64,000 bases of DNA from Macrostomum hystrix (lineage: Eukaryota > Animalia > Platyhelminthes): positions 27,032,001 to 27,096,000 of the forward strand of contig CATNEN010000001.1 in the NCBI GenBank assembly GCA_950097015.1. Reading direction: 5' to 3'. The position numbers and the translations under genes were made by a program. Position 1 is the stretch's first letter. The number at the start of each line of letters is the position of its first letter. Below, in pieces: positions 33,701-43,532 of the stretch. Under the pieces are notes generated by a model. It worked only from the letters and a program-made list of their open reading frames with translations. It had not been told where the DNA came from and made no database searches.

Positions 33701-35335
33701 TCTGCTGCCATACTCCAAGAGAGCGGCTGAGCTCAGTGCGCAAGACGGCTGTCTCCTGTGGGGCGCTCGAGTGGTGGTCCCGGTTGGAGCGCGAGCTGCT
33801 CTGCTCCAGGTGCTGCATCAAGGTCATGCGGGGGCGTCTCGCATGAAGACGTTAGCCCGGGGTTATTTCTGGTGGCCAGGATTAGACTCGGAGATTGAAA
33901 ACCTGTCCAAGGCCTGCGCTGACTGTCAGGAGTTGCAGAACGCCCCGGCGCCTTCGCCAATGTTGTCGTGGCCGTGGCCTGACCGACCGTGGTCTCGAGT
34001 GCATATCGACTATGCGGGTCCGGTGTCTGGCAGGATGCTGCTGGTCGTCGTCGATGCCCACTCAAAGTGGCTGGATGTGCATGTGGTGTCGTCAGCGACC
34101 TCAGCTGTCACCATCCAGAAACTCCGCTCCAGCTTCGCGACGCACGGGTTGCCAGATGTGCTGGTGTCGGACAATGGGCCCAACTTGGTCAGCGAGGAGA
34201 TGTCCGACTTTCTGCGGAAGAACGGCATTCAACACGTGCGCGTTGCCCCCTACCATCCGGCGTCCAACGGCCTGGCGGAACGAGCTGTCCAGACGCTGAA
34301 GCGGTCCCTGGAGAAGCAGCGCGAAGGCTCCTTGGAGGATAAGGTCGCCCGGTTCCTGCTGAGCTATCGGGTCACTCCGCATGCGACAACTGGTGTGGCT
34401 CCCTGCGAACTCCTGATGGGACGGCGACTGTGCACGTTGCTAGATCGAGCTCGGCCAGACCTGGGAGCAAGAGTACAGCGTAAGCAAAGTCTGCAAAAAG
34501 AGCACCACGACTGCAAAGCTCGATCCCGGACTTTCGAGACTGGGGACGCTGTACTGGCCAGAGACTTTGGAGCCAACGGAGGTCGGTGGAAGCCGGCGCG
34601 AGTTGTCGGTGCCGCCGGTCCGGCCTCCTACCTGTGCGGCTTCGATGGCGACGACCGAGTGGTGCGGCGGCACGTCGACCATGTCCGCGGTGGTCCTGAG
34701 CAGCCGCGGCCTACCGGAGCTGGCGTGACAGACGGTGCTGCCGACGCCAAGGCCGCACCTGAGCCTGAAGCTGCGATGCCGGCCGTGGACGAGCCGCCTG
34801 ATCTGGCTGCTCCTGGAGACCCTGAGATCGACGGGTCTCTGCGCCGATCGTCGCGAGTTCGACGTCCCCCGGAGCGCCTGAGCTACGGGTGACGTCATCT
34901 GTGGAAGAGACTATTTTGATTGACTGTAGTGTTCGGACGATTATTTTCAGATTTGGTACTTTGTTATGGTTATGGGTTATTTTCCATTATATGGTTGTGT
35001 CGTTGCTTTTCTGTCTTGCGTTGCGTAGTTTTTGTGCTGGTTAATTAGTATTTGTTATTAGGTTAATTATTGTGTTATTGTGCCTCACTATAAAATGCGT
35101 TGTTCTATTGTATTCTCTTGCGATCCCTGATCCTCATGTAGATGGGGAGGGATGTGATAGCGGGGGTCTGCTCAGTTGTTCCGCTCAGAGTAATGTACAG
35201 TGCAGGTGTACATCTGCACGCGCGCGTGTGATTGGCTGACGCTTTGTCAGACAACCTTTATTGTTGGCCTGCTATAAAGTTAAATAAAAGCCTCTGCCAT
35301 TGGGGGGGACTTACCCCCGAAGTGGAGTTTTCACA
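30755..35335 (+). mobile_element. Intact Ty3/Gypsy LTR retrotransposon (Gypsy-2) nested in the Polinton
   Basis: 183-bp LTRs 30755-30937 and 35153-35335 (one mismatch), 5-bp TSD ACGAT, PBS TGGCGAC, PPT GGGGAGGGA. Confidence 0.97.
30969..34892 (+). CDS. Gag-Pol polyprotein, 1307 aa
   Basis: Two CCHC knuckles, DTGA, RT FIDD, RNase H, integrase HHCC and DDE; no interruptions. Confidence 0.96.
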   Translation: MSSASALGLVGPYEEGSEPWHMYQARLEQYFVANDVTEEAKKRAILLSSCGKKVFHLAFSLLSPEQPSAKSYTEICDALKSHFEPEESEIVHRYRFYTRNRREGEGVADFVADLRDLARDCKFGESLTSMLRDRLVLGINNDGAQRRLLAEPDLPLAKALKLALAHESATKGCQLVSGASKPDPFSQESVSIVKQQQKSSSTRKCFRCLSTRHLANKCPFATQKCYKCSKTGHTAAACKSQSKDDRREALQMQDGEEKDSCEEETAHSLYQLSGKRVSKVPPITTMVRINGRPVVMEVDTGASVSLVSSKTYRTVLNSQPALQPASVQLRTYSGEKVPIEGCICVAVEAAEAPSKTLSLLVVAGCGSDLLGRDWLSELRLDWRSIKQVAAALEVSPRLQQLLDKYSDVFLPELGKYNGPPVSLNMRPDAQPRFMKARNLPFALKDKVESQLNREIEQGILVPVQHSEYASPVVPVLKSDGSVRVCADFKQTVNPNVEPDSYPLPRIEELFAKLTGGRLFTKLDLSQAYMQLPLDEASQRVCTINTHKGLLRYTRLPFGVSPAVGIFQRRMDCLLQGITNTACFIDDLIITGKDDSSHLNSLEQVLEKLSQGGLRCKLEKCQFMQTSISYLGHRIDADGLHPIKDKVEAIVSAPAPKDATQLRSFLGMVNYYGKFLPKLSQVLAPLHLLLREQHRWNWGAAQNAAFEKCKTLLSSAPVLAHFDPSKDLLLECDASPYGLGAVISHRIDGAVRPVAFASRTLHDAEKNYSQLEKEALAIVFAVKKFNAYLFGRPFLLVSDHKPLLGLLAENKAVPTLASGRIQRWALLLSGYNYRMVHRAGASLLCADALSRLPLPDKPATVPKLAELVMLMDHLDDGPVTAAQIRGLTRRDPTLARALHFTQIGWPERVSDDLLPYSKRAAELSAQDGCLLWGARVVVPVGARAALLQVLHQGHAGASRMKTLARGYFWWPGLDSEIENLSKACADCQELQNAPAPSPMLSWPWPDRPWSRVHIDYAGPVSGRMLLVVVDAHSKWLDVHVVSSATSAVTIQKLRSSFATHGLPDVLVSDNGPNLVSEEMSDFLRKNGIQHVRVAPYHPASNGLAERAVQTLKRSLEKQREGSLEDKVARFLLSYRVTPHATTGVAPCELLMGRRLCTLLDRARPDLGARVQRKQSLQKEHHDCKARSRTFETGDAVLARDFGANGGRWKPARVVGAAGPASYLCGFDGDDRVVRRHVDHVRGGPEQPRPTGAGVTDGAADAKAAPEPEAAMPAVDEPPDLAAPGDPEIDGSLRRSSRVRRPPERLSYG

Positions 35336-35849
35336 ACGATTCAGGTTCATAAGTTGCGCTGGGTAGAATGTTGCGCAAATCAGACAGCGATAAAGCACCG
35401 CATAAGTCCAGGTTGCCCTTTGCACTAATAGTTTTAATTCGAACACAAATGGATTGATGAGGCAGCAGTTGAACCGGCACTCTGCGATGCAGCATAGCCA
35501 CGAAGCGACGGGCAGCCCTGGCCGCGTCTGCGTAGCTCTTGGCGCCACAGATGCTCAGTTGCCCAGTGGGGTAGAGCAGCAGAGTTACCCTGGGATTCCG
35601 CATCTGCTTGATGAGCACCCGGGGCCAAACGGGTCGGTAGATCACATGCGCCATGCTGAGAGCCAGTTCCCTTAGAGGCAGCTGGGCGCCCCCGCCTCCA
35701 ACCAGTTCCAGATCCACTCCGCCAACCAGGTTGGTGACACTCAGTGTTGTGGTTCCTGCACTCATTTTGAATACTTTGACTGCTGATGTCGCTGAAACTC
35801 TTGTGCCATGGACACTGCTCGCTTCTTAAGCTGATGCAGAACTTTGGCC

Positions 35850-36277
35850 TTAGCCAACTGTAGTACAGCAATGCATTTCTCACAGCACAGCCGCTAGCTG
35901 ACTCCTTGGTGGAAGGTGAGCTCAGATCGTCTAGGTTGAATACCTGTCTGCCTAACAGCTCAGTCAGAAAAGAAGATTTTTCCTCTCCGCTTGTCCAAGT
36001 GACTTCCGCCTCCAATGCTCACAATGTCATCGGCCAATTGAAAATACGGCCGGATTCCATCGGTCCACTTGAATTTATGCTGATGTTTCGTGAGCTGACT
36101 GTAGTACATTCGCATGTCGGGTGACACTCTCTCCCACGGATGCGGTGGGGCGTACACATGGTGGGAAATGTAGTAGCTTCCCTTTTTTACTTCGAGGACT
36201 GCCAGCTCCTTCACGATGAAGTTATCATTCTCTCCATCACACGGGAAGCCTTGAATGTCTATGTAGTTCATGCTCAA
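35850..36277 (-). pseudogene. Polinton DEDD/DnaQ-like exonuclease-family protein, frameshifted near 36010
   Basis: IDIQGF..FIVKELA..H..APP..W..H...W..G..PY, continuing in another frame as GEEK..L..NLDDL..CAVRN..W. Pattern recalled from invertebrate Polintons; 3' end uncertain. Confidence 0.6.
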
Positions 36278-36320
36278 GCGGGTGCCTTGAAACTAGCAAA
36301 ATTAGATTGTGCTTCCTTTC

Positions 36321-36989
36321 TTAAATACTGTTTCTCCCCCTGTTCAACCTCAGCCATGCAGACTTGTTGCCCAATCCTTTGAGTGAAGGCTGTGCATCTT
36401 CAATTGGATAAAAAATTTCTTGATGTACAGATTTTCCAACAGCTGACATAGGCACATTGAGATTTTTTTGGCGAAGCAAGTCACTGAAAGCGGGCCATCC
36501 AACAGGCTGACCAGAACTTTTTGAGTCCTTCACTGTGTGCAGAATCAAATCGAAAATGTTTGAGTTAGGAATCGAGTTCCCAGAAATGTTCACCTCTCTA
36601 TTATCGGACACCCGGATAGCAGACTGGCTGTCAGATAGGATGGCCCATAGACTCTGAGCCCTCGGTTTGAGCTTCTGTGGCACTGACTGGTAGATCTTTT
36701 CTTCCCAGCTTCTTTGAGGCATCTCAGCCTTTATCAACTTCGCTTTCTTCTCTTCTGATGCAGCTTCCTTTCCTGTCTGCTTTCGCTTTGCCAGCAAGCT
36801 TTGCATTGCACTCTGGTACAGGGCTGTCTTCATATCATCTGGGCAGTCTTGGGCCAACAGGATATCATCGCATTTCATCTGTGCCTGCTTTATGGCCGTG
36901 TCACTGACAGACTCAATGGGCTTGGCACTCCTCCTCAGCATTTCATACTCGGACCTTGAGATCAGAACCATCTCATTGAATTTGTGCAT
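36321..36989 (-). CDS. Conserved Polinton protein of unknown function (222 aa)
   Basis: Motifs IPNSNIFDLI, PVGWPAF, NVPMSAVG; lies in the tightly packed virion-gene block. Confidence 0.7.
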   Translation of the reverse strand: MHKFNEMVLISRSEYEMLRRSAKPIESVSDTAIKQAQMKCDDILLAQDCPDDMKTALYQSAMQSLLAKRKQTGKEAASEEKKAKLIKAEMPQRSWEEKIYQSVPQKLKPRAQSLWAILSDSQSAIRVSDNREVNISGNSIPNSNIFDLILHTVKDSKSSGQPVGWPAFSDLLRQKNLNVPMSAVGKSVHQEIFYPIEDAQPSLKGLGNKSAWLRLNRGRNSI

Positions 36990-37296
36990 CTCTTTTCCTC
37001 TTCTTTTTCACAAGTTTCAGCAGAGTGGGGAGGATTCTGATAAAAGAAGCTTTGAGTAAGTCACTCTGTTTTCTTTGCCGGGCAATTCTGCGGATTATAT
37101 TTTTAGATTTCAATAGCGCTGTCTTTTCAACAAGAGAAAATGGCAAATTCTCTTTCAATAGGTTGTGGCAGGCCTCGACAAGAAAAGTGCAAGCTTCTTT
37201 CGGACACAGCTTTATTATTGCGCGCTTGAGGCTAATTGTATATTTGTGTGAGGCAAGGACTTCAAATAAGCTTTGATGAGCTTCGAACACTTCCAT
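36973..37296 (-). CDS. Small basic Polinton protein (107 aa)
   Basis: EACHNLLKENLPF..K..L...K..IRRIA pattern; overlaps the next ORF in operon-like packing. Confidence 0.65.
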   Translation of the reverse strand: MEVFEAHQSLFEVLASHKYTISLKRAIIKLCPKEACTFLVEACHNLLKENLPFSLVEKTALLKSKNIIRRIARQRKQSDLLKASFIRILPTLLKLVKKKRKRDAQIQ

Positions 37297-37339
37297 AGTC
37301 GCAATAATTCAGGCTAATAGCCTTTCTCAACCTATATTC

Positions 37340-37989
37340 TTAAGCATAAACCAGATGTGGCCTCTGATTGGGCAGAATTCTGGCTCGCACTCGCAGCTCA
37401 TCGGGGGTGCAAGGGTGAAAGTCCAGAAACAGGTAGCTCCCCCTGCCCTGCGCTGTGACATGCTTGAACACCTCAAGCAGGAAGCCAGGCTTCTCTGGAA
37501 AGCACTGCCTGCCCAATGCAGCGATCTGCAGCTGGTCTCTGGGTTTTTAAGGATCACATAGTACATCGTGTTCAAGCTCATGGTCCGCAACTCCTTGCCC
37601 TTGAAAAACATATTCTGAGTGAGCATTACAAGAAAGCATGGCAGGTGATGGGCGAGTCCAGTGAAAATATTTCGCATTGAAGCAGAGTTAGAAGTTTCAT
37701 CAATCATGTCATCAAAAATGACCAGATCATTGCTCATCAAAGTGCTCTCAAAGTTAGTGGGTAATCCCTGATACAATTGCACACCAAGACTGCTCAGCTC
37801 TGCATGCGCTGGCTGTGCGATCCCATAGTACCAGAGCACTCTCCCAGGCTGGATGTCGAATAATACATCCCTGTACTGTATTAGATGCTTCACGAAGGTT
37901 GTCTTTCCAGCATTGGTGGGTCCGCAGACCATCATGCAGCTGCCCTGTCGCAGGCGGACATCATAGTATAACACTCTTTCTGCTTCCAT
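37340..37989 (-). pseudogene. FtsK/A32-like genome packaging ATPase, one frameshift near 37540
   Basis: Walker A GPTNAGKT, Walker B LVIFDD, LTQNMF..RTMSLN..KNP. Shifted frame gives DQLQIAALGRQCFP..YLFLDFHP..LRVR..stop at 37340. Confidence 0.9.
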
Positions 37990-38006
37990 CTCTCTTGGGC
38001 TTTATT

Positions 38007-38548
38007 TCAACTATTTCTTTTTAGCCATAAACCTCTTTTTCTTAAGCTGGCTTCAAACTGACAAAGCATTCTGTCATTCAACGGGCAGTTTTCTTTCACG
38101 TGTAGATTTCGCAGAATCCATTCGAATGATCGCTTCAAAACAATTCTTTGATATGCAAAATAGAGACAGAAAAGTCCGCACTTGTCCGACTGACTGCATT
38201 GGATTCGGTTAACATTGCAAAGCATGCGGAAAGGAAACTTGAACTTGTTAGCAAAAAATGGTGGATGGCACTCAGAGTCTGTGCGTTCCAACCGAGAGAA
38301 TCAAATAATTCAACTACATTTCCATTGCCAACAAAACATGCAACCCAGTGTCCAAACGAGACGCTATGTTTTATCAAGAAGAAGCTGATAATTCTGTTGT
38401 GATTGGGAATTTTCTCCCTTCTTCCTTCATCCCGGTTTATTATCCAGGTCTTTTGCTTTAAGCAAAGGGTGACTATCAAGATTCGATTGCTGGGCAGGAA
38501 GGATCTAGCAAGAGAACGCAGCTGAAGGGCATCCATATCAACTTTCAT
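38007..38548 (-). pseudogene. Adenain-like (C5) maturation cysteine protease, frameshifted near 38290
   Basis: HWVA and FDSLG in one frame; IQ...SDKCGLFCLYF in the next. Confidence 0.85.
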
Positions 38549-39831
38549 TAAGATGAATAGTCCAGCAATAGCTCCCTGTGCTTGGTGACCTCAATCAGTG
38601 AGTCATACACACACATGACAATCAGGGACACGGCTTCATCCAAGGCCTGTCGGAACCGAATCTCCAGCCGCAGGTTTCCCTCCTTCTGCCCGTACCACAG
38701 AGCCGCTCCCTCGGGTGTCAGATCGAATGCGAACACGGTGTTCTCGTTTGAGAAGAGTTGGTAGGGAATCGATGGAACCGAGTTGGTGTGGCTCGCAGAT
38801 TGACAGCTTTTCAGGTAGTGCAAATACTCTCTGACAAACGAATTGTTCTCAGGTGTAAATGCCCCGTGGCACATGGATTCACCCCCTTTCTTGAGAGCAA
38901 GCTGACTCAGGTTGAAGTTTTGGAACTGGAACGGGCTGGAATGATGGTGCCCATTGAAGGCTCGGTGGTTGACGAAGGCCAGCATGATGAATTTCGGGAG
39001 CTTTCCGTGCGTGAATCCTTCAATATTTTTTGACTGAATTCCCTGGGGCAGGATGAAGTTTTGCATTTCAGTTCGCTCAATTGGGTAGAGCGCATTCTGA
39101 TTAGCCAGCCCCTGCTCGTGAGCCAAGCTGATGTGGGGCAGAACTTTGACTCGGCGAAGATAGAGGATGAAGTGCGATATTTCCATCCTGTAGGCGGTGT
39201 TGTTGGCGGCTGGAGCTCTGATTCCAAATGCTCCATCACTGGGCACCAGTTTGATGTGCAGGTGCAAATTGTTCAGCAGAAACACTGGGCACTGGAAAAT
39301 GTCGCTAAGGAGTGGTCCCGCATATTCCCTCCATTGGGAGGTCCTGTGGTTCTCAGTGTGGTCCTCATCAGCTGAGTCGGGTTCCAGGAAACCGGCAGGG
39401 TGAAATTTGAGTTGCTGGGCATCGGATGAGCTCATCAGTGCTTTGAAGTAGGCATGGTACGGGTACAGCTGGTCACCCCCAGAGACGATTCGCTGGTTAA
39501 TGCTAACAATTACATCTGAGAATGCTGTAGATAGAACAAAATTTTCCGGATGCACATTGCTGTCTCTGCGGTCTGCAACAACTCCATCCTCACCCAGCTC
39601 ATCCTCCCTCATCAATGCTCCATTCAGTCTCACAATGCGGCACCGAATGTAGAGAAATGAGTTAACTAAATCAGTGTACTCATCAGCTGATTGGTGGCAG
39701 TCAAATTCAATGGGTGAGTTTCCGACAATGGAATTCACAGGATGAATGTCAATATAGGCAGATTTCTCAATGCAAGTCTGCAGCACAGGTGTCTTGAACA
39801 GGTCGAGCCTGGGGTTGAATCCGAAAGCCAT
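38548..39831 (-). CDS. Major capsid protein (double jelly-roll, hexon-like), 427 aa
   Basis: LDLF..P..QT.IE..YIDIHP..PIEF..YTDL..LY..FSDVIVSIN..YPYHAY..FNG...SPF.FQNFN..FAFDLTP..GNLRLEIRF; intact. Confidence 0.9.
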   Translation of the reverse strand: MAFGFNPRLDLFKTPVLQTCIEKSAYIDIHPVNSIVGNSPIEFDCHQSADEYTDLVNSFLYIRCRIVRLNGALMREDELGEDGVVADRRDSNVHPENFVLSTAFSDVIVSINQRIVSGGDQLYPYHAYFKALMSSSDAQQLKFHPAGFLEPDSADEDHTENHRTSQWREYAGPLLSDIFQCPVFLLNNLHLHIKLVPSDGAFGIRAPAANNTAYRMEISHFILYLRRVKVLPHISLAHEQGLANQNALYPIERTEMQNFILPQGIQSKNIEGFTHGKLPKFIMLAFVNHRAFNGHHHSSPFQFQNFNLSQLALKKGGESMCHGAFTPENNSFVREYLHYLKSCQSASHTNSVPSIPYQLFSNENTVFAFDLTPEGAALWYGQKEGNLRLEIRFRQALDEAVSLIVMCVYDSLIEVTKHRELLLDYSS

Positions 39832-39834
39832 TGT

Positions 39835-40215
39835 CTATGACAGAGAGTCCAGTACGCACTTCACAGTTTTGCTGCTGACTTTTCGCTTCCTTCTTGTTGC
39901 TTTCTTGCTCTTCCCAGTTCTCTTCTTCTTAAGCTTTTTCTTGCTTGAACTTTTCTGCTTCCTTCTTGATCTGCTCTTCTTTATCTTGTTGTCTTTGCAA
40001 TGATTACTATTACTTTTTTTAAACTTTCTTTTCCTTCGTTTTGATTGCATAGAAGAGTTTTTAGCATTGGGGAGACCAGCAGCAGCTAGCGTTGATGGAG
40101 CAGTCGATGGGGGCTGGAACGTCATGAGTCCCGGTGAGCTCCCGCAGCCGTACAGTGCAGGCTGCTTGCCAGTTCGCGCACCCGAATACTGCCGAATAAG
40201 CTGCTGGTAATTCAT
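39835..40215 (-). CDS. Lys/Arg-rich putative virion core (DNA-condensing) protein, 126 aa
   Basis: Extremely basic C-terminal half; located between the minor and major capsid genes. Confidence 0.6.
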   Translation of the reverse strand: MNYQQLIRQYSGARTGKQPALYGCGSSPGLMTFQPPSTAPSTLAAAGLPNAKNSSMQSKRRKRKFKKSNSNHCKDNKIKKSRSRRKQKSSSKKKLKKKRTGKSKKATRRKRKVSSKTVKCVLDSLS

Positions 40216-41027
40216 TGAATTCTTTTCTCCCGAATCTGAACTGTCAGCAGAACGGGACTGCAGGACTGAGCGGCCAGAAGGCTACCAAAAATATCTCGCA
40301 GTTGAACTCGAAGGCTGTGTAAAAAATTGATCCTCGGAATTGGAAAGAAGATAGTTTTCTTAAACACTTGACTCAGATAGTTTCCCCATTCTGCATCAGG
40401 TTTCATTCGAACTGTTCTCAGCAGTGAGTTGCCGTTGCAATTGCTCGACTCAACGATGCTGCAGTGCACATTAATCAGATTGGTGCGCGGGCAGCCGATG
40501 CAGCGCTCTGAGACAAGCCGCCCAGGTCGAACTTTCACTGATCCCTGGTTGCTGAATCCAAGCCATTGCAGAATCTTGCTAGGCGGAAGATGCAGCTCTG
40601 CCTGCACTGTGTTGTTCTGCACTACTGTTCTCGAGTTTTGAATGTCAATTTTTATTCCAAAGTCCCTAGCATCACCGCGACGTCCCAGCAGACCTGATTC
40701 ATCAGCCTCCATTTCAGCATCTCTGTCGCTCCTCGCATCAAAGAACAGAGACTCAGAGTTGGCCAACAGCTCATTCAGGCACTCCACCAGCTCCTCCACT
40801 CTAGCAAAGCGTCCAGGTTGAAGAACCAGGGCCTCGTGCTCTCTTCCAACTGAGATAGTGACGCAGTAAGGTTCGTCAAGATTGTACCATGAAGCAGGCA
40901 GATGGATTTCAACCAGACCTGCCTCATAGTCCACATTTCGATCCAAGTAAATAGGTGAAGGCAGGTGAAAATGAAAGTCACTAGAAGTACCTTCAGCATG
41001 TTCACTGTTGATAACAATGTTTCTCAT
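40212..41027 (-). CDS. Minor capsid protein (penton-like); first ATG at 41027
   Basis: SDFHFHLPSPIYLD..YEAGLVEI..P.SWYNL; C-terminal VHCSIVE..LLRTV..LRVQLRD..G. Confidence 0.8.
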   Translation of the reverse strand: MRNIVINSEHAEGTSSDFHFHLPSPIYLDRNVDYEAGLVEIHLPASWYNLDEPYCVTISVGREHEALVLQPGRFARVEELVECLNELLANSESLFFDARSDRDAEMEADESGLLGRRGDARDFGIKIDIQNSRTVVQNNTVQAELHLPPSKILQWLGFSNQGSVKVRPGRLVSERCIGCPRTNLINVHCSIVESSNCNGNSLLRTVRMKPDAEWGNYLSQVFKKTIFFPIPRINFLHSLRVQLRDIFGSLLAAQSCSPVLLTVQIREKRIQ

Positions 41028-41064
41028 AATAGAAAATAACTTTATCACAGAAATAGGTTTACTA

Positions 41065-42153
41065 CTAGACTTTTCTTAAGTCCTTTTCATCCACCCACCC
41101 GGTGGAGTTGTAGCCGGCCCACTTCACAAGATATCGGATTTTTCCATGACGTTTCTCAGTCTTCAAAATCTTTTCAATCACATACAGCCGCTGTGAGTCC
41201 GGAACAGCCTGCAGCTCATGCTCATGGAAGAGGCCTCGAATCTCTTCCCCCTTCATGTCTCTAATCTTGTACATGTACGGGTAGTGCTTCGGGGCCCTGG
41301 CCACCACAGTATACACTTCCTCGCTCCAGTTGGCCTTGTAGCCCTTTCGGAACACCCTGGGTGCATTGGAAATCCTCACTAACTTATTGTCACAGAATTT
41401 CGGTTTCTTCAGCTTCTCTATTGTCTCAATTGCTTTTCCATAGTACAGGTTCATCCAGACCTCAGATTCATTCTCTTTGCAGACGCTTGTTGGCGCCATT
41501 TTTATGCTTCTATGGTAAGTGCTGTTGTAGGACTTCACTAGCTTGGGCAGCACGTCAACCCAGTGCAGGGTGCTTTTGTACGTGAAATACCGCCACATTT
41601 TGCTCTTCAGAGTTCTGTTCCATCGCTCAATGATGGCTGCTTTCTGCTCACTATTAGTTGGGAAAGCCAGAATCCCCCGCTCTATGCAGAATTGGCGAAA
41701 AGTAGTGTTAAGAAACTCTTTCCCTTGATCTGTGCGGACTGTGCGAGGCTGGCGTTTTGAGTATTTCAGAATGCTCTCGAATGCGGACTTCACTTCTGCA
41801 GCTGATTTATTTTTCAATGGCCTGGCCCATGCACATTTGGACAGCACATCAATGCATGTGAGAATGTACTTGTAGCCATTATTGTACTTTGCGAATGGAA
41901 TCATCTCAACCAAGTCAAGCTCCCATTGATCGTCAATGGATCGCACTATGATTGGTGCTCTGGGGTATCGCCTTCTAGCTGGCTTGTGTAATGTGTGCAC
42001 TGGCTGCTCACACAGCCACTGCTCAATGCTCTTAGTGGTCTCACGACCACCTCTTTCTCTCACTTCATGCTGCAATTTTGATGCACTGGAAAAGCTGGCT
42101 GGTTGAGCAGGCTTAAAGTAAATTTTCTCCATGAGCAGTTTAGAACGAAGCAA
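41065..42153 (-). CDS. Retroviral-like (RVE) integrase with C-terminal chromodomain
   Basis: DQWELDL, IDVLSK, TDQGKEF, KAAIIERWNRTLK, YVIEKIL..YLVKWAGY; intact. Confidence 0.95.
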   Translation of the reverse strand: MLRSKLLMEKIYFKPAQPASFSSASKLQHEVRERGGRETTKSIEQWLCEQPVHTLHKPARRRYPRAPIIVRSIDDQWELDLVEMIPFAKYNNGYKYILTCIDVLSKCAWARPLKNKSAAEVKSAFESILKYSKRQPRTVRTDQGKEFLNTTFRQFCIERGILAFPTNSEQKAAIIERWNRTLKSKMWRYFTYKSTLHWVDVLPKLVKSYNSTYHRSIKMAPTSVCKENESEVWMNLYYGKAIETIEKLKKPKFCDNKLVRISNAPRVFRKGYKANWSEEVYTVVARAPKHYPYMYKIRDMKGEEIRGLFHEHELQAVPDSQRLYVIEKILKTEKRHGKIRYLVKWAGYNSTGWVDEKDLRKV

Positions 42154-42506
42154 GGCTTGCTTTCTCTAGCATGAGCAATTCATTTTCTTAAGTTTTTTGT
42201 AATTCACTGTAGCAGAAAATCGACCGGCGTCGAAAAACAACCAGCACCATACAAATGCAGAAGCAATTGTGAACACTGAATAAACGGGAAAAAACATTAA
42301 GTAGCTGGCTTTTAACACTGTCAAAATTACAAATTGAGCAGCTGATTTGAGCACAAAAGCAGTCAGACGCATTAGAGCACACTGTTCAGTCACTCATCGA
42401 AGTGCAGCCTGGTAAGCTTCATTGCCTCCTGCCGACGAAGTGGAAACGGCTGTTTGCGCTTCCTGCTACCGCTGGCCGCCGCAGCCGCAGCCGCCCGGAA
42501 CTGGTA

Positions 42507-43128
42507 TCACACCGGATCCTCCCGCAAGTCCGAGTCCCGAGATGGGATCCGTCCATCCCCAGCGCTAGCCACGGGAAGCGGCGTGGATGTGGCAGCCTCG
42601 TTGTCGATCTGCAGCATTGTAGGCGAGCCGATCTCGTCTACGTCTCCACCATTGCCTTCAGATTTCTCGGCCCCCAGGATGGGCTTCGTGTCCTGCTCTT
42701 CCTCATCTGACTCAAGCTCGTACTTCGTCCGCATGTCCTTGAAGGGAGCCGACAGCTGGCCGTCTATCCATGATGCGTTGTGCCACAGCTTCTTCCACAG
42801 CGGTGGGGTCAGCGGTACGGCGTTACGCTTCATGAATTCTTCGCAGCAGTCCTCAGGCAGTCCGCTTGAGCCAGATGATGCCGTCCCTGACTTCGATAAA
42901 CTTATCAAAGCCTAGTTTCACCACCTTGCACTCGCTATTGAGAGCAGACACTACGAGCGACCGCTTCAGTTGCTTCAGCTTTTCCCATTGGCAAACATTC
43001 AGGTTGAAGCCAGGGACGCCAGGTTTAAGACTTGCAGTGCTGCCGTGGCGGTAGAACTTTCTAATCGCTATGTACTTCAAGCCTTCGTACTATTGAACCT
43101 GAATCTTATAACCGTCGCAGATGTCCAT
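42507..43128 (-). pseudogene. Tandem PC4/Sub1-like ssDNA-binding protein (stop at 43090-43092, frameshift near 42865)
   Basis: MDICDGYKIQVQ*YEGLKYIAIRKFY..LKPGVPGFNLNVCQWEKLK resembles the PC4 core; second weaker copy ..NAVPLTPPLWKKL; acidic tail. Confidence 0.65.
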
Positions 43129-43532
43129 CGCTAGCTAATGTCAAAAGCTAAGATCAGGAAAATTACGAGCTGAGAAAACTTGCTCCTTTTCCTAACGAAT
43201 TTTGAGGGCTTATATATCGTCCAAAATGTGTGCTCGATTCTGATTGGCTAGAGTTGGGGTGGGTGTTTGTCCTGTGATGGAGCTTAGACTAGATATGTAG
43301 GTAAGTAGGATTGGACGCCACACCCCACACTCACCCCAATGCTTTCCTCCTATCTCATTCCTCCTCTGTTCTGAGATTGTCGGCGTCCCTCCACACTCCA
43401 AAATACACTGCCGGGCTAGCCTCGTATCGCCGCAGTGTCGGCTGTGTCCTCTGCTGTGGGATAGGCAGCGCCTATAGGCAGAGCAATCTAAGGTGTGGCA
43501 AACTCGCAAAAACTAAACGCTTACAGATTTGC

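Larger units (their letters stand above)
30616..35765 (-). pseudogene. Polinton-encoded TATA-binding-protein-like gene (187 aa reconstructed), split by Gypsy-2: 35765-35336 + 30749-30616
   Basis: Repeat 1: TNLVG..IYRP..MRNPRVTLLLYPTGQLSICGAKS..AARRF. Repeat 2 after removing the Gypsy and one TSD: TYEPESFSALICKL..CLLFHNGSFVLSGARS..LIK-stop, fully in frame. Confidence 0.85.

Noticed and set aside
35434-35850. C-terminal part of the 193-aa ORF overlapping the TBP-like gene
   Set aside because: Only its first ~55 aa match the exonuclease-like protein; the remainder looks like alternative-frame run-on.
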